NCBI RefSeq assembly: GCF_041146345.1
Contig: NW_027191406.1
Coordinates: 1,116,001-1,180,000 of the forward strand
Reading direction: 5' to 3'
DNA from: Neodothiora populina
Lineage: Eukaryota
DNA length: 64,000 nucleotides
Below are positions 39,513-52,161 of this stretch, one piece after another. The notes under the pieces were generated by a model that was not told the DNA's origin, did not search any database, and was given only the letters and a program-made list of their open reading frames with translations. The position numbers and the translations under genes were made by a program. How positions within the stretch are numbered: position 1 is the first letter of the stretch; each line of letters starts with the position of its first letter.

Positions 39513-41164
39513 CTAAATGTTACCAAAGAAGACTACGTGAATGGTGATATCGTCGCGGACATCTCGAGAGAACGGCGGTGCTAGGGTCAACAGACCACTG
39601 AACAACGAACGACGACTCCCTCCCAGAACATTTCTAATAAGGTGTGTTGCACAGTTATCGTCTTCGGCGACAAAGTACTCCGGCTTGATCTTCCATTCCA
39701 GGTCGCCATCATGATCGTCGTTGCGATAGAGACCTTGATCAAGAGACGAGCCCTGTTTCACCTCTGCTCCCAAGTCCGAGAGACCAGAATCTGTACTACT
39801 GCCCTGCTTGATCGCTCCGCTCTTCTTCGCCTCGATCCACTTCTGAACACAGAGGACCGCATTGTCGTTGCTCATGTGATCCCAGAACCCATCTGAGGCC
39901 ATGATGAGAAAGTCAGGATGCGTTTTGTCATCATTGATGTTCGTCGTTGTGACCTCAGGTTCCGCGGTGAGATAGGGAGGGGTCTTGACTACATTATTAG
40001 GGCGTGGGCCGTGGCCCCATGAATCATTCTTGGCCCGCAACATCCTCTCGTCTGACCATTTCCAGCGCGCATCACCAAATGCACGTGATACTGCCAGTCC
40101 GAACAGCCTTCCTGACTCCTCGTTGAAGATGTTCTCCTCACCAGGATGTTGTGCGTTCACGCGTGCGACTTCCGCAGGATTGAAGCCTGTCTGATCTACG
40201 GACAATGGCATCGCGGTGTACTTACCAGATGCATCAGCTCGTCCGAGTACAGCTCTGGAGTCACCTACGCAAGCAACATTGAGATTCGAGAGCACAGGAT
40301 CAAACAAGGCAAGTAAAGCACAGGAACCACTCAGTGCTGGAGCGAGATGCTCAATCGTCATTGACGATGTTGACGGGAGCAGTGAGCTGTCCATCGCCGC
40401 TTCAGCCGACGCCATGATGACTGCGTCTGTGAGCAGGAACGCATTCTTGATTGCTTCTTCAATCTGGGCAGTCTGAGGCCTCAGTTCATCTTCCGCAAGT
40501 GAGATTTCAGTGATGCTGTTCAGTACTGTGTTGTTTAAAGCTGACTTGAGGACATGCGACGTCGCATGGCCGGCATGTCCATCAAAGATTGCAAAAGAGT
40601 ACGGTCGTCCATCCTGTTTATCACCTGATGGAAGATCATCCATGCCAGTATAAGCAAAAGTGTCCTCACAGATGCTGCAGCGAACGTCAACGGCTTATAG
40701 GTAATGAGACATCACTTAGCTACTCACCTGTTACTGGGTACTGCACATGTATCAAGGCGTACGCCGTCACGCACATTCGACTGCTCTGACTGTTTTAGCC
40801 GAGCATTTGCTTGGGCAAAGTGCTCTATGGAGACTTGATCTCTATATCCGGGCAATCCACTCTCGAAAGCCGCCTTCGCTGCATCCTTGAAGTCGTCGTA
40901 AATGCGATGCTTATCGCCTGTGTCGGTTGAAGTTGACTCCGCCAAGGCCTTCTCAATCAAAGCACCTTTACTATCAGTCGCACTCTGTTCGTCCACATTG
41001 CGATACTTGCTCCATGCAAGACCGGAGGCAACTGCGCTTAGTAGCAATATCGACGAATTGATAAGGCGAGGGGAAACAGCATCTCCCGATTTACGCGAAG
41101 TGGCACTGGAAAGCAGACGGCGCTGCTGCCGGCGTAGAATCTGAAAATACTGCGGGCGAAGCAT
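39513..41164 (-). CDS. PP2C (PPM) phosphatase, pyruvate dehydrogenase phosphatase/Ptc5-like, probably mitochondrial; intron 40675-40727
   Basis: SNSICED, FDGHAG, SGSCALL, VGDSRAVLG, SRAFGDARWKW, TPPYLTAEP, ASDGFWD and RDDIT motifs; Arg-rich presequence MLRPQYFQILRRQQRR. Confidence 0.9.
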
Positions 41165-41663
41165 ATTCGTGGTCAGAAGTAATGTACAGTATGTCGCCCC
41201 CACCTACTGTATAGAAGCTTGAAAGGGGCACAAATATGGAACCTTTGAACATTAAATAGGCCGACTCCGCGTTCTACAGTAAACCCCATATTGACCTTCC
41301 ACGAGAGGTATAGCCGCTAAACAGCAAGCTTCGGTCCGGCACATAAGCGCTTCGGGTTCGAGGCTTGGTATACCTTTGATCTGGCCTTAACATCAACCTT
41401 ACATGCCAAGACTCATACAATCCTCCTACCATCCTCAAAGCTGCAGTCTTCTGTTCGACCGACAAGGAGTGAATCGATCGATTATGATAGTCAAAACATG
41501 GAATGATCACTTCGGATTGATAGAAACGCACAGAGTAGAACACAAAGAGCACTCGCGCACATGCTTGCCATAGATTAGAATAAAGAGTGGTTAAAGCGAC
41601 CCGATGTCTCCTCACAACCTCTCTAACTGGAATTATGCTATGGAAGAGAATGTACAGTCCTCA

Positions 41664-43348
41664 TCAGCGTGGAGTGAGAGCACATTTGCACCCGCCGGCA
41701 TTCACACAAGTTAGATGAATCCCTTCGCGCCATGGTCCAGGATCTCTGCTCTCGATGCCCTTGAATTCTTGCGCCAGACGAATTGTGGTGTACGATGCCT
41801 CTGTCAGAGCGAACTGCTGGCCAATACAGATGCGTGGTCCACCGTTGAAAGGCAAGTATTCCCAGCCAGGTCGAAGACCATTTTCGCCCAGCCAGCGCTC
41901 AGGTTTGAACTCGTCCGCATCTTGTCCATAAAAGTCCTTCCGTCTGTGCATAGCGTAGAGATCCCATTGAACAACCTGGCCCTTCTTTATGAACAGAGGC
42001 GCCTTGCCATCGGGTCCGCCCCCGACTGGTAGAACTGTATCGACCACAGCTTCGCGTGAGTTGAGAGGAACGATGGGGTGTAAACGTAGTGACTCATTCA
42101 GGATAGCCTTCAGGTATTTCATCTCCTTGAGGCTTTCGAATGTAGGCCTCTCGCCATCCATTTGTTCAACTTCTTCTTGTAGCTTGTTCCAGATATCGGG
42201 TCGCTTAGAGAGAACAAACCACACGTTGGTCAGCAACGATGCTGTAGTATCTCGACCAGCAAGTAGCACATTGAGCAACTCAGATCGAATGCGGTGACGA
42301 TCATCCGTCTGTCGCACGAGCTCGTCAATGAACAAATAACGATCCGTCTCGCTCTTCTCTTCGGAGAGTAGTTGAGGGCGCTTAGCGAGTCCCTTCTCTA
42401 CATAGGTATCTACGAAATCTGCTTCCATCAGCCTCTCGTAACACTGAGATCGGAACACTGATAGGCTTACCATGCACATATTTGGTATCGGCTTGGTATA
42501 CTTTTTTCGGCCTCAGAAAGTCCAGCCTACCCCAACGAATGGCCGACGACATTCCTGTTATGCTTAGCAATTGACACGGTAAATACAAAATGGAAGAATA
42601 TACCTTGCTGGCCTCTTTCGAAGGCTTCCGCAAATCGTGCATTTGATACCGTACTGGTACCTGAGACAAGACACATTGTACTTTCGCCAAAGAGGAATTC
42701 AGTAGCCGAATCTGTAGCATCCTTAGTCTGAATCCGATATGAGTGTCAGAGAAGTGATGACTGACCCATCGTCAATCTGAAGAACAGGTCTTTGAGATCT
42801 ATCATGGATCCGTCTCTCGGGATAGCCTCTAGGAAGTGGCTAACATGAGTCTCGAAGGTGTCCAGATTTGCTATTTGAGAGCGATGAAAGTTGGGCCGCA
42901 GCATTTCTCGTGAATGCTTCCATTCGGGTCCATCGGTATCGAAGATGCCGACTCCAAGAAATGGGATGAACGCAACCCTCCTAAACTCTGGTAGGTGCCA
43001 TATAGAACTTTGCAGCGCTTGAATTGCTTTCAAGTTTTCCGGCTCGATTGTCATGATCATGGTCTCAGACCTCGATGGGAGGGTTATGGTGTGAGAGCCC
43101 GTGACTTCGTAGCGACTACTTGCATGCTCGAGCAGAGTCTGCCGCTGGAAATGTCCAAGAAAAGCTCTAAATTCATCAAGGCCAAAGAACGGATCTTTCG
43201 TAGGATACCTCTTCGCAGGAAGGCAACCATGCTCTCTGATCATAGCACGGCGCCTAGAGCCCACAGTAAGCTGCCAATATACATAATATAAGATACAGAT
43301 AGAACCTCCAACGACAATGAAATGCTTTGCGAAGTCAATATTGGACAT
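41664..43348 (-). CDS. Cytochrome P450, CYP52 clan (alkane/fatty-acid hydroxylase-like); introns 42712-42765, 42555-42603, 42419-42470
   Basis: N-terminal membrane anchor; WKHSREMLRP, DSATEFLFGES, LLAGRDTTA, ESLR (ExxR), PERW and heme motif PFNGGPRICIG. Confidence 0.95.
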
Positions 43349-44265
43349 TATGGCTTGAGACTTGCTAAGACCGTTTGGAGAATGAGACGACTGCAGTGAG
43401 TCTTTTGAGGTTGACAGAAGTGCCTAGGCACCATTTTATTGTAGCTATCGCAATATTTGCCTATTCGAGTAACGCTCAGTGAGAGAATCCTGCGATGAGT
43501 ACGGCAGAACGGCATGTTTTGACATAGCGCGATCATAAGCTTGCATATTGCCTTGCGGTGTGCTGCATTTAACAACTTGACCCACCTCAATCCGCTTATC
43601 TGCAGTAAAGTATCTTTACAAGTGTACTCGTCCATGGTTGCCTAAAGTTTGTCTCAATGGGGATAACGATTGTGTCAAAGCTCCACATCAGCTCCATTAT
43701 GTGCTATCACAGACGAATCTGTGTGAGGATTAATTATCGAACAAATTAATCAAGCGTTATCTGAGACGATCCTTCGATCTCATGTTATTCCGAATCAAGG
43801 ACTTGGTTCGTAGTACTACGAAGCCTACTCCGCCTTCCTCTTACAAGGATTACCATGTCCCAAAGCGACCAATTGCGGTACGAGTCTTCGACGAACAACA
43901 ATGACACGATTGCAGTCACATGGCTGTATGTAAGTAGTAGAGAGAGGGAGAATCATTAATGATACCCCATCTGCGAAGCACGGGCTTGACGGTTTCTGTG
44001 CTGGTCTCATGAAAGCAGGCGTTGCGTCCTTCATCAGCCTCTCATACCAAAGATTACGCTGTGACTCTGGTTGTTACGCCAGGTTCTTTGTCTTTAATCA
44101 ATTGGTGGCTACACATTCAAGATGCTGATTCGCCACTTGAGGTGCGCCGCATTAGGTTGCGAAAAACGCGGTCCTTTGTTCGTCTGAAGTATGTAAAGAT
44201 GGGCGTTCTCGTCGCAGTCTCTTCCGCCAGTTTGATTTACTATCAGCATGGCGTTACGATATAAA

Positions 44266-45522
44266 ATGTCAGCTTTGATACAGCTCGTTGTGGTGTTGTT
44301 CTCCTCCATCTCTTCGGCTCAGAGGTATGATGGGCAGTACTGGCCATGCAATCCTACAGTCAACGCTACTGGATTGTGCATGCCGAATCCCGGTCTGACC
44401 ACAAGCAAGTATTTCATAGACTTCACCAAACAGACCTTGCTTCCTGCGGATTGGGCCATCTCCGACTATGCAACTGTCCCATTCGGCGCCAACGGAGCAG
44501 AGTTCACATTTGCAAAAAGGAATGACGCTCCCCAGCTTTTCACTCGATTCTATATCTTTTTCGGCCGAGTCGAGACGGTCATGCGCGTCGCCCCTGGACG
44601 CGGCATCATTAGTAGTGATGTGCTGATGTCTGACGACTTCGACGAAATTGATTGGGAGTTCAGCGGCAATAATTTCAACCTCTCCACTACGGGCATGGGT
44701 CAGAACAACTACTTCGGCAAGGGCGTGACTGGCAATCACGATCGCGGCCAATTCTTCGAAGTTCCGGTCCCGCAGTCACAGTTCCATACTTATACGACAG
44801 ATTGGACGCCTGACCAGATAACGTGGTCGATCGATGGTGCTGTCACTCGTACCCTAAGGGCTTCCGATTGTGCGGCGAAAGGGTATGCCTACCAGTCCCC
44901 ACAAACACCCTCCAAGTTCCAACTTGGCATGTGGGATGGTGGCGATCCGGATGCCAACTGGGGTACAGTGAGTTGGGCAGGCGGCTATACGGATCTTGAA
45001 GCGGGTCCATATACCATGTACGTGAAAAGCGTCAGCATCAGAAACGCAAATCCAGTAAAGTACTACAATTGGACCGATCAGTCCGGCAGTTGGCAGAGCA
45101 TCCAGTTGATCAACGATCCCGTTCTTCCAATCAGTCTTAGTAGCAGCAAAAGCAGTGCTCTATCAACAATCCCTGTCAGCGCTTCCAGCTCGGTTGTTTC
45201 TCGCATTCCTTCTTCGCTGTCATCATTGGGAGCGCAATTTGCTGGAACGAGTGCGACGCCATCGATCACGGCTTCAATTGCGACAAAGTCAGCCACAAGT
45301 TTGTCGACGAGCACAAGTGCTATCTCGACTGCCACCAGTGCCTACCTGACATTCATAAGCACAACTTCTAAGTCAATTACTTCAAGTAGCTCACCGGCAC
45401 CACCAGCGCCGACTCCTCTTGTGAAAGCGACCACGGCAACAAAGACGACACAGAAGCCTACTTATACGCCGCATTGGCACTACTGGCGCAATCGTGGCCA
45501 TTGGGTGCGTGGATGGTGGTGA
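44266..45522 (+). CDS. GH16 Crh-family chitin/glucan transglycosylase with Ser/Thr-rich stalk, intronless
   Basis: Signal peptide MSALIQLVVVLFSSISSA; CNP..C..NPGL; catalytic DEIDWE; FHTYTTDWT, PQTP, WAGG and SGSWQSI. An alternative ATG lies at 44248. Confidence 0.92.
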   Translation: MSALIQLVVVLFSSISSAQRYDGQYWPCNPTVNATGLCMPNPGLTTSKYFIDFTKQTLLPADWAISDYATVPFGANGAEFTFAKRNDAPQLFTRFYIFFGRVETVMRVAPGRGIISSDVLMSDDFDEIDWEFSGNNFNLSTTGMGQNNYFGKGVTGNHDRGQFFEVPVPQSQFHTYTTDWTPDQITWSIDGAVTRTLRASDCAAKGYAYQSPQTPSKFQLGMWDGGDPDANWGTVSWAGGYTDLEAGPYTMYVKSVSIRNANPVKYYNWTDQSGSWQSIQLINDPVLPISLSSSKSSALSTIPVSASSSVVSRIPSSLSSLGAQFAGTSATPSITASIATKSATSLSTSTSAISTATSAYLTFISTTSKSITSSSSPAPPAPTPLVKATTATKTTQKPTYTPHWHYWRNRGHWVRGWW

Positions 45523-46500
45523 GGGTTCTATCGACTCGCTGCCCGCTTACATTGATACGAAATACATTAGAATAGATTCAAATTGACGCAAGTATACGGC
45601 TTCTGAATAATATTGATTCAATTCACATCGGATGATCGAGTAAACGCAAAACTCGGTGTCAGACTCATACGCTGTCATCCTGCGCATGTGAGCGTGTCTA
45701 TTCAGTACCTTGCTTGTGCAAGACGCAAATCCAGGCACATTATCAACAAGCCTTGGCATACGTGTGCAATGTCCCTTCCGGGGTTACCTCTCTCAGCCCA
45801 GCGCCAGCCAATGCCAAAAGTCATGGTGAGCAAACAAGCAACTACCTCATCACAGCCCACGTGGGGAACATCTGTACAAGCAGGTACTTGTACGTCGAAG
45901 GGACCAGTTTTGCACCCCCCGACTTCCCGCGGATAAAAAGTCCAGCCCAGGCTCAGCCTAGGTAGTCAGCTCAGCTTGACTGTTGGTTGGGGCTTCTTCA
46001 CCCCTGTAGCGGTTTAACGGGCGGGCGTGCCTGGAGATCTGTATTTTAGTCATGTCAGGTTTTTGTGTGTCGCAAACGGCGATGTGGTCAGAGACAAAGA
46101 ATGCAGGGCGGGAAGCGGTAGAGATTGTGTTTAGCCTGCTTGATATTGTAGGGTCTCTCGATGAGAAAGCAAAGACGAGTCGGCCTCGGGCGCGAGGCTG
46201 GATGGAATAACCTGGTTTACCTGGAGTCGAAATCTGGTATGAGTGATGTCGTTCACCCGAGGGAGTGCCCGCGAAGCTTCGCAAGCTTCCCACCAAACCG
46301 CTGCAAACTCTGTCGCATGTCTGTTTTGTAGAATGACTTCACTTTTGGATTCTTGGCTGTTTGTACACAAATGACACGACCCCGGTCTGGAGTAGCCAAG
46401 TAGATTTGTAGATTGGAAGCATAAAAGTTGGGGATCTACAAATGTCCCCGACCTCCGTCTCCCATCCACTCTATACGACTGTCCCAGCACACCTTATACT

Positions 46501-47748
46501 ATGGGCCTACTCTCGTTTGCAAGAGAGCGAGTCGGTTCAAAAAAGGCTACTAGCTCGACAACTAGCTTGATTGACAATAGGAAGAGATCATCAAACGGCA
46601 GTTTTGATTCAAATACGAGAACGCCAAAGAAGCGTCAAGCGGACAAGTTCTACACCGTACAAATAGGCGATGTCTACCACCGAGGCAGATACATCGTTCG
46701 AGGACATTTGGGATCAGGGAGGTATGCGACGGTGTGGCTAGTCAAAGATACTAGGCTCAACGAGCACTTTGCCCTCAAGATCCTCAACAGCGACTTTTAC
46801 AATGGCAAGCACGAGCTTTTCGAACTTGAAGTCATGCAGAGGATATCGCAGGTCTCATCATCTTCAGCACACCCCGGAAAGGATCATGTCGCCCAGATGG
46901 TAGACCATTTCGAGCTCAGTGGTCCGAGCGGGAGGCATGTCTGCATGATCTTTGATCTACTGGGTGCGAGTATCGCCAAACAGGCAACTCAAGTTCAAAT
47001 GCAGCGACTGCCATACCGCGCTCTCAAACAAATCATGCGGCAATTACTCGAGGCTCTGGATTTTGCCTACGCCGAGTGCGGGATCATCCATACCGACATC
47101 TCACCTTCTAACATTTGTATCGAGTTGGCCGAGGCACCTGCCGCTGTTGCCGCGGCCAAGGTGGATAGCGCAGGCGAAGTAGAACTCAAAACACCGTTGC
47201 TGTCAGAAGAACCCAAAGTCAATGTGCGACTGAATGACTTTGGTATCGCATGTTTCACGGACCGCCACCTCACAGACGAGATCTCTCCGCCACTTCTTCG
47301 CGCTCCAGAGGTGACACTGGGCGCACCCTGGGATTCCAAAGTCGACATCTTTAACCTAGGGGCACTGCTGTTGCAATTCCTCACAGGACAATTGCCATTT
47401 GCCGGAAGGGGCGAGAACAACGCTGCAGGATGCGCGGAAAGCGATCGCTTGTCCCAACTTTTTGCCAGCTTCGGTGGCGAGCCAGACATAGTCATCGACA
47501 ATGCCGACAGAGCCGAAGAGTTTGCCAAAAATGGCGTAGACTTGCAGCGAAAAAGAACCCATAGTGGCTATACTGCGTTGGAGCAATTCGTCGCAGAACA
47601 CACGAGTGATCCTGGTTCAAGTCCTGGGCTTCCAGCAGATGAAGTGTACAAGGCGTGTGATCTGCTGAGAAGAATGCTTGCCACAGACCCAAGGATCAGA
47701 GAACCTGCGGGGAGATTGCTGTCACACCCATGGCTGGCCAATGGGTGA
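46501..47748 (+). CDS. Divergent SRPK/Sky1-like (CMGC) protein kinase, intronless
   Basis: LGSGRYATVWL, ALKIL, DHFELSGPSGRHVCMIF, IIHTDISPSNI, NDFG, RAPEV, DIFNLG and LLSHPWL. Confidence 0.88.
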   Translation: MGLLSFARERVGSKKATSSTTSLIDNRKRSSNGSFDSNTRTPKKRQADKFYTVQIGDVYHRGRYIVRGHLGSGRYATVWLVKDTRLNEHFALKILNSDFYNGKHELFELEVMQRISQVSSSSAHPGKDHVAQMVDHFELSGPSGRHVCMIFDLLGASIAKQATQVQMQRLPYRALKQIMRQLLEALDFAYAECGIIHTDISPSNICIELAEAPAAVAAAKVDSAGEVELKTPLLSEEPKVNVRLNDFGIACFTDRHLTDEISPPLLRAPEVTLGAPWDSKVDIFNLGALLLQFLTGQLPFAGRGENNAAGCAESDRLSQLFASFGGEPDIVIDNADRAEEFAKNGVDLQRKRTHSGYTALEQFVAEHTSDPGSSPGLPADEVYKACDLLRRMLATDPRIREPAGRLLSHPWLANG

Positions 47749-48589
47749 AACATTGTGATATCAGAAGAAGATCCAGGAAGACTAATTGAAGGCCCGACAT
47801 AAGATGTTTGAGCCATATTGGCCAGAAGTACGAATGGTTGTTCGAATCAACGTCGGAACCGCCATTCCCACTCTGGCTGCCTTGACAGTCGTTATCCGAG
47901 ACACATGTCATGCAACAAAGGCAGATTTCGTCCCATGATGGTAGGCGCGTGAGATGGAAAGCATCATATGTGGCGTAAAGTACATCCCCCGAACGTCTTG
48001 CGCGCAAGCGAAGCGTGTTTGCACCCACGCATTGATAGAGACGAGATCACATTGAGTGAGAGCGGGGAGCAGAGGAAATGCGATGCATAAGGCTTGAACA
48101 TGAATCGATTGAGGCAGGAGAGCAATCCATAGAACACTTGCCAAGCATGCAGCTGCTAGAGGGGTTGAGAGGAAGAAAGCTACACAGCTATAGATACACA
48201 CAGTGGTTGTTGCATACCTATAAGTCGATATTAGATTTTCCAAGCAGCGGTAGCAACAAATACGAACGAATTAGCAGCATCACGAGAAATGTTGTTTTGT
48301 CTTCTAGGTAAGGTCCGAAACAAGGTAGAGATGAGCATGAAGATTCGAGAACAGGACAGGAAAAGCGCCAAGCCTTCACCGCCTGGCATTCCTGGAGGGG
48401 AAAGAACAGCGAGGGGGTCTTTACTCAAAGTAAAAAGTTCGGCGTCAATAATAAATTTCTTTGCGTACAACAACACAAGGCGTCAATCTGCCTTTTTGCC
48501 CCTACAAGCTATCTACATACCATTTTCCTTTTTTGGTGTTTTTTCCTCTTGTTTCTGATTTTTGATACCCGTCCATCTGCCTATACTAG

Positions 48590-51500
48590 ATGGATCAACA
48601 ACAGTTTGTCGGACTCCTCGAGAGTCTGATGCAGCGTAAGTTTTGTTTTTATTAGGAAGGCACGACGCTGCTGCAGAGGGAAAGAGACAAAAGCCATGAG
48701 AAGAAAGAGCAAGAACATAGCGCAAGAGTCCGAGTTGCTAATTCTTTCTTCTTCTTCGCCTCAGCCGACACGGAAAAAGTCAAGGCCGCAACCTCGACAC
48801 TCAACAAGTCGTACTACAACCAGCCCGCCTCGCTGCCCATTCTCCTCCACATCCTCATCTCTCACCCTTCGCCACAGCTCCGCCAACTCGCGGCCATCGA
48901 GTCAAGGAAGCTTTCGACCAAGCACTGGGCAAAGCTCTCGGAGCCCGAGAAGCAACAGATCCGCCAGCAATTGCTCGAGTCAACATTGAACGAGCAAGAG
49001 TCTCTGCCTCGACACTCCAAGGCGCGCGTGATTGCAGCAATCGCCAAGGTCGATCTCGAGGATGGACAGTGGGCAGACCTGCCTGGTTTCCTGCAGCAGG
49101 CAGCCACCAGCCAGACTCCCAGCCATCGTGAAGTCGGTGTCTACATCATCTACACTCTGCTCGAGACGATGCCCGACATGTTCCAAGAAAACATGTCTGC
49201 CATGCTCAAGCTGTTTGGCCAGACCATCCAGGACCCCGACAACGTCGAGGTCCGCATCAACACCATGCTCGCCCTCTCCGAGCTTGCCATGGTGCTGGAC
49301 ACAGACGAGGACCAGAAGTCCCTCAAGGCCTTCCAGGACACCATCCCTCACATGGTTCACATCCTTCAGCAGACCATCGAGGCCGGCGACGAAGAGCACT
49401 CGATGCAGGCCTTTGAGGTCTTCAACAAGCTTCTCAGCTACGAGTCCGCCTTCCTCAATGCCCACTTCGGCCAGCTCATGCAGTTCATGATGGACATGGC
49501 CGCCAACCCCCAGATCGACGAGGACTCTCGTTCCCAGGCTCTGTCCTTCCTGATGCAGGCTGTCAGATACCGCAAGCTCAAGGTCCAGGCTCTCCGCATC
49601 GGTGAGCAGCTCACCAAGAAGGCCCTCCACATCGTCACCGAGCTCGGTGATCTGTCCGCCGACGACGAGGACGTCACCCCTGCCCGCTCTGCTCTCGGCC
49701 TTCTCGACATCATGTCCGAGTGCCTCCCTCCCAGCCAGGTCGCCGTTCCTCTCCTCCAGTCTCTCGGCCCTTATATCCAGAACGAGAACCCCGACTACCG
49801 CCGTGCTGCCATTCTTGCTCTCGGCATGTGCGTTGAGGGTGCTCCTGACTTCATCAGCACCCAGCTCGTTGAGATCCTTCCTATGGTTCTCCACCTTCTG
49901 GAGGACCCGGACGTCCGCGTTCGTTCTGCAGCGCTCAACGGAGTCGCAAGACTCGCCGATGATTTGGCCGAGGAGATGGGCAAGGAGCACGCTCGCTTGA
50001 TCCCTGCTCTCGTCAAGAACTTCGATCTCGCCTACCAGAACCTCGAGGCTGGTGGCGAGCACGTCAGCATCCTGAAGCAGAGCTGCATGGCCCTCGACTC
50101 TCTGATTGAGGGTCTCGAGAAGGAGGATGCCGCCAAGTATGTCGGCGAGCTCGTTCCCCGAATCAGCCCTCTCTTCAACCACTCGGACATCAAGGTCCAG
50201 ATCCCCGCCATTGGTGCTGTTGGTTCCATCGCTTCCGCCTCCGAGGAGGCCTTCCTGCCTTACTTCGAGCCTACCATGCAGGTTCTCGGCCAGTACGTTG
50301 GCAAGAAGGAGAACGAGGACGAGCTCGAGCTTCGTGGCATGGTCTGCGATTCTCTTGGCAAGGTCGCCTCTGCTGTCGGCGCTGAGGCATTCCAGCCGTA
50401 CGTTCAGCCTCTTATGCAAGCTTCCGAGGAGGCTCTGCATCTCGACCACCCCAGACTCCGCGAGACCAGCTATATCTTGTGGAGCACCATGGCCAAGGTG
50501 TACGAGGAGAACTTTTCTCCCTACCTCGAGGGTGTTGTCAAGGGTCTTATCGACTGCCTGCAGCAGGACGAGACCGAGTCCGAGGTCACTCTCGGCGAGG
50601 AGGCCAAGGACCTTATGGGACAGGAGGTCATCATTGCTGGCAAGAAGATCAAGGTCGCCGATGTCAGCGCCGATGACGACGACGACGAACACTTCGACAT
50701 GGAGGATGATGACGATGACGACTGGGATGATCTCGGTGCCGTGACCGCCATCGCTATGGAGAAGGAGATTGCCGTCGAGGTCATTGGTGACATTCTTACC
50801 CACACCCGCGGCACCTTCCTGCCTTACTTCCAGCAGGCTGTCGAGGTTGTGCTGCCTCTTGTCGAGCACACCTTCGAGGGCATCCGCAAGTCTGCCATTG
50901 GCACTATGTGGCGAGGTTACGCCTGCCTCTGGGGTCTGGCCGAGGGCAGCGGTATGGCCAAGTGGCAGCCCGGCCTTCCTCTCAAGGTTCCTGCTACCGA
51001 GGACCTGATGAAGCTCGCCACTCTTATCATGACCGCCACTGTCACCCTTTGGCGGGACGAAGTCGACCGGTACGTTTCTCTTTTTTTCTTTTTTCCTTTC
51101 TATGCCCTTTCCGTGATGAACCAACCATTTCGTTATTACCCAGCTCACTTCGACGCAAAATATACGATTGAGAAGAACGCGAATCTACTTCTGACTAGCA
51201 CCTGATACTTTTTGATTTGTCTTTGATGATCTCGAGAATTGTTGACTGACGTTCAAACAGCGGCACCGTCACCGACATCAACCGCAACATGGCCGCCACA
51301 CTGAAGCTCTGCGGTCCTTCTATCCTCACTGTCCACCTCGGCGAGAACACTGCACCCCCTGTCCAGCAAATCACCGAGGTTATCCTCGAGATCCTCCAGA
51401 AGAAGCACGTCTGCCAGCAAGACCTTGATGGCGAAGACGAGGGCGACGAGGACATGGAGTCATCCGAGTACGACTGGCTCGTCATTGAGACCGCCATGGA

Positions 51501-52161
51501 GGTCATTACCTGCCTTGCTGCGGCTCTTGGCGAGTCATTTGGTGAGCTCTACAAGATCTTCGAGAAACCTTGTCTCAAGTATGCTTCCGGTCAAGAGAAG
51601 TACGAGCGCAGCGCTGCCGTCGGCACCATTGCCGAGTGCATCGGAAACATGGGCTCCGCCGTCACTCCCTTCACTTCTGGCTTGATCAAGGTCCTCCTCA
51701 AGCGTCTTGGTGATGAGGATGCCGAGGTCCGCAGCAACGCTGCTTATGGTACCGGACTGCTCTGCGAGAAGAGCACCGACGAGAAGGAGATACTCGGCAA
51801 CTATGCTACTATCCTCACCAAGCTCGAGCCTCTGCTTCACCAGAAGCAAGAAGCTAGACTGTTGGACAACTCTGCTGGCTGCGTTGCCCGCATGATCAAG
51901 GCTCACCCCAACAACGTTCCTGTCGAGCAGGTGCTGCCCGTTCTCGTTCAGCTGTTGCCTCTGCGCGAGGACTACGAGGAGAACGAGGCCGTCTTTGAGA
52001 TGATCGTTGCTCTTTACCAGGCACAGCACTCTGTGATGCAGTCGCTTACTCCTCAGATCATTCCTGTTTTGCAACAGGTTCTCAGCCCACCCGAGGATCA
52101 GCTCAGCGACGAGACCCGAGCCAAGGTCCAGCAGCTTGTCCAATATCTCCAGTCTCAGTAG
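48590..52161 (+). CDS. KAP123: Importin beta-4 / karyopherin Kap123; exons 48590-48635, 48765-51069, 51261-52161
   Basis: IBN_N-type start (LRQLAAIESRKL), HEAT repeats, acidic loop, AMEKEIA, EVRSNAAYGTG and LPLREDYEEN; canonical introns; strong codon bias. Confidence 0.92.
51108..51199 (+). ncRNA. Intronic box C/D snoRNA, probable snR71/U29-type guide for LSU rRNA 2'-O-methylation
   Basis: Inside the 191-nt importin intron 51070-51260: C box GTGATGA 51113-51119; guide ACCCAGCTCAC 51138-51148, complementary to conserved LSU GUGAGCUGGGU; D' TCGA 51150-51153; C'-like CGATTGA; D box CTGA 51191-51194. Confidence 0.8.

Noticed and set aside
37409..43348. Amidase, P450 and nearby MFS as a secondary-metabolite cluster
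   Set aside because: No PKS, NRPS or terpene synthase and no pathway regulator in the window.
48980..51148. 722-aa antisense ORF (and the 292-aa ORF at 51535-52413) opposite the importin gene
   Set aside because: Shadow frames produced by strong codon bias on the sense strand; no independent motifs.
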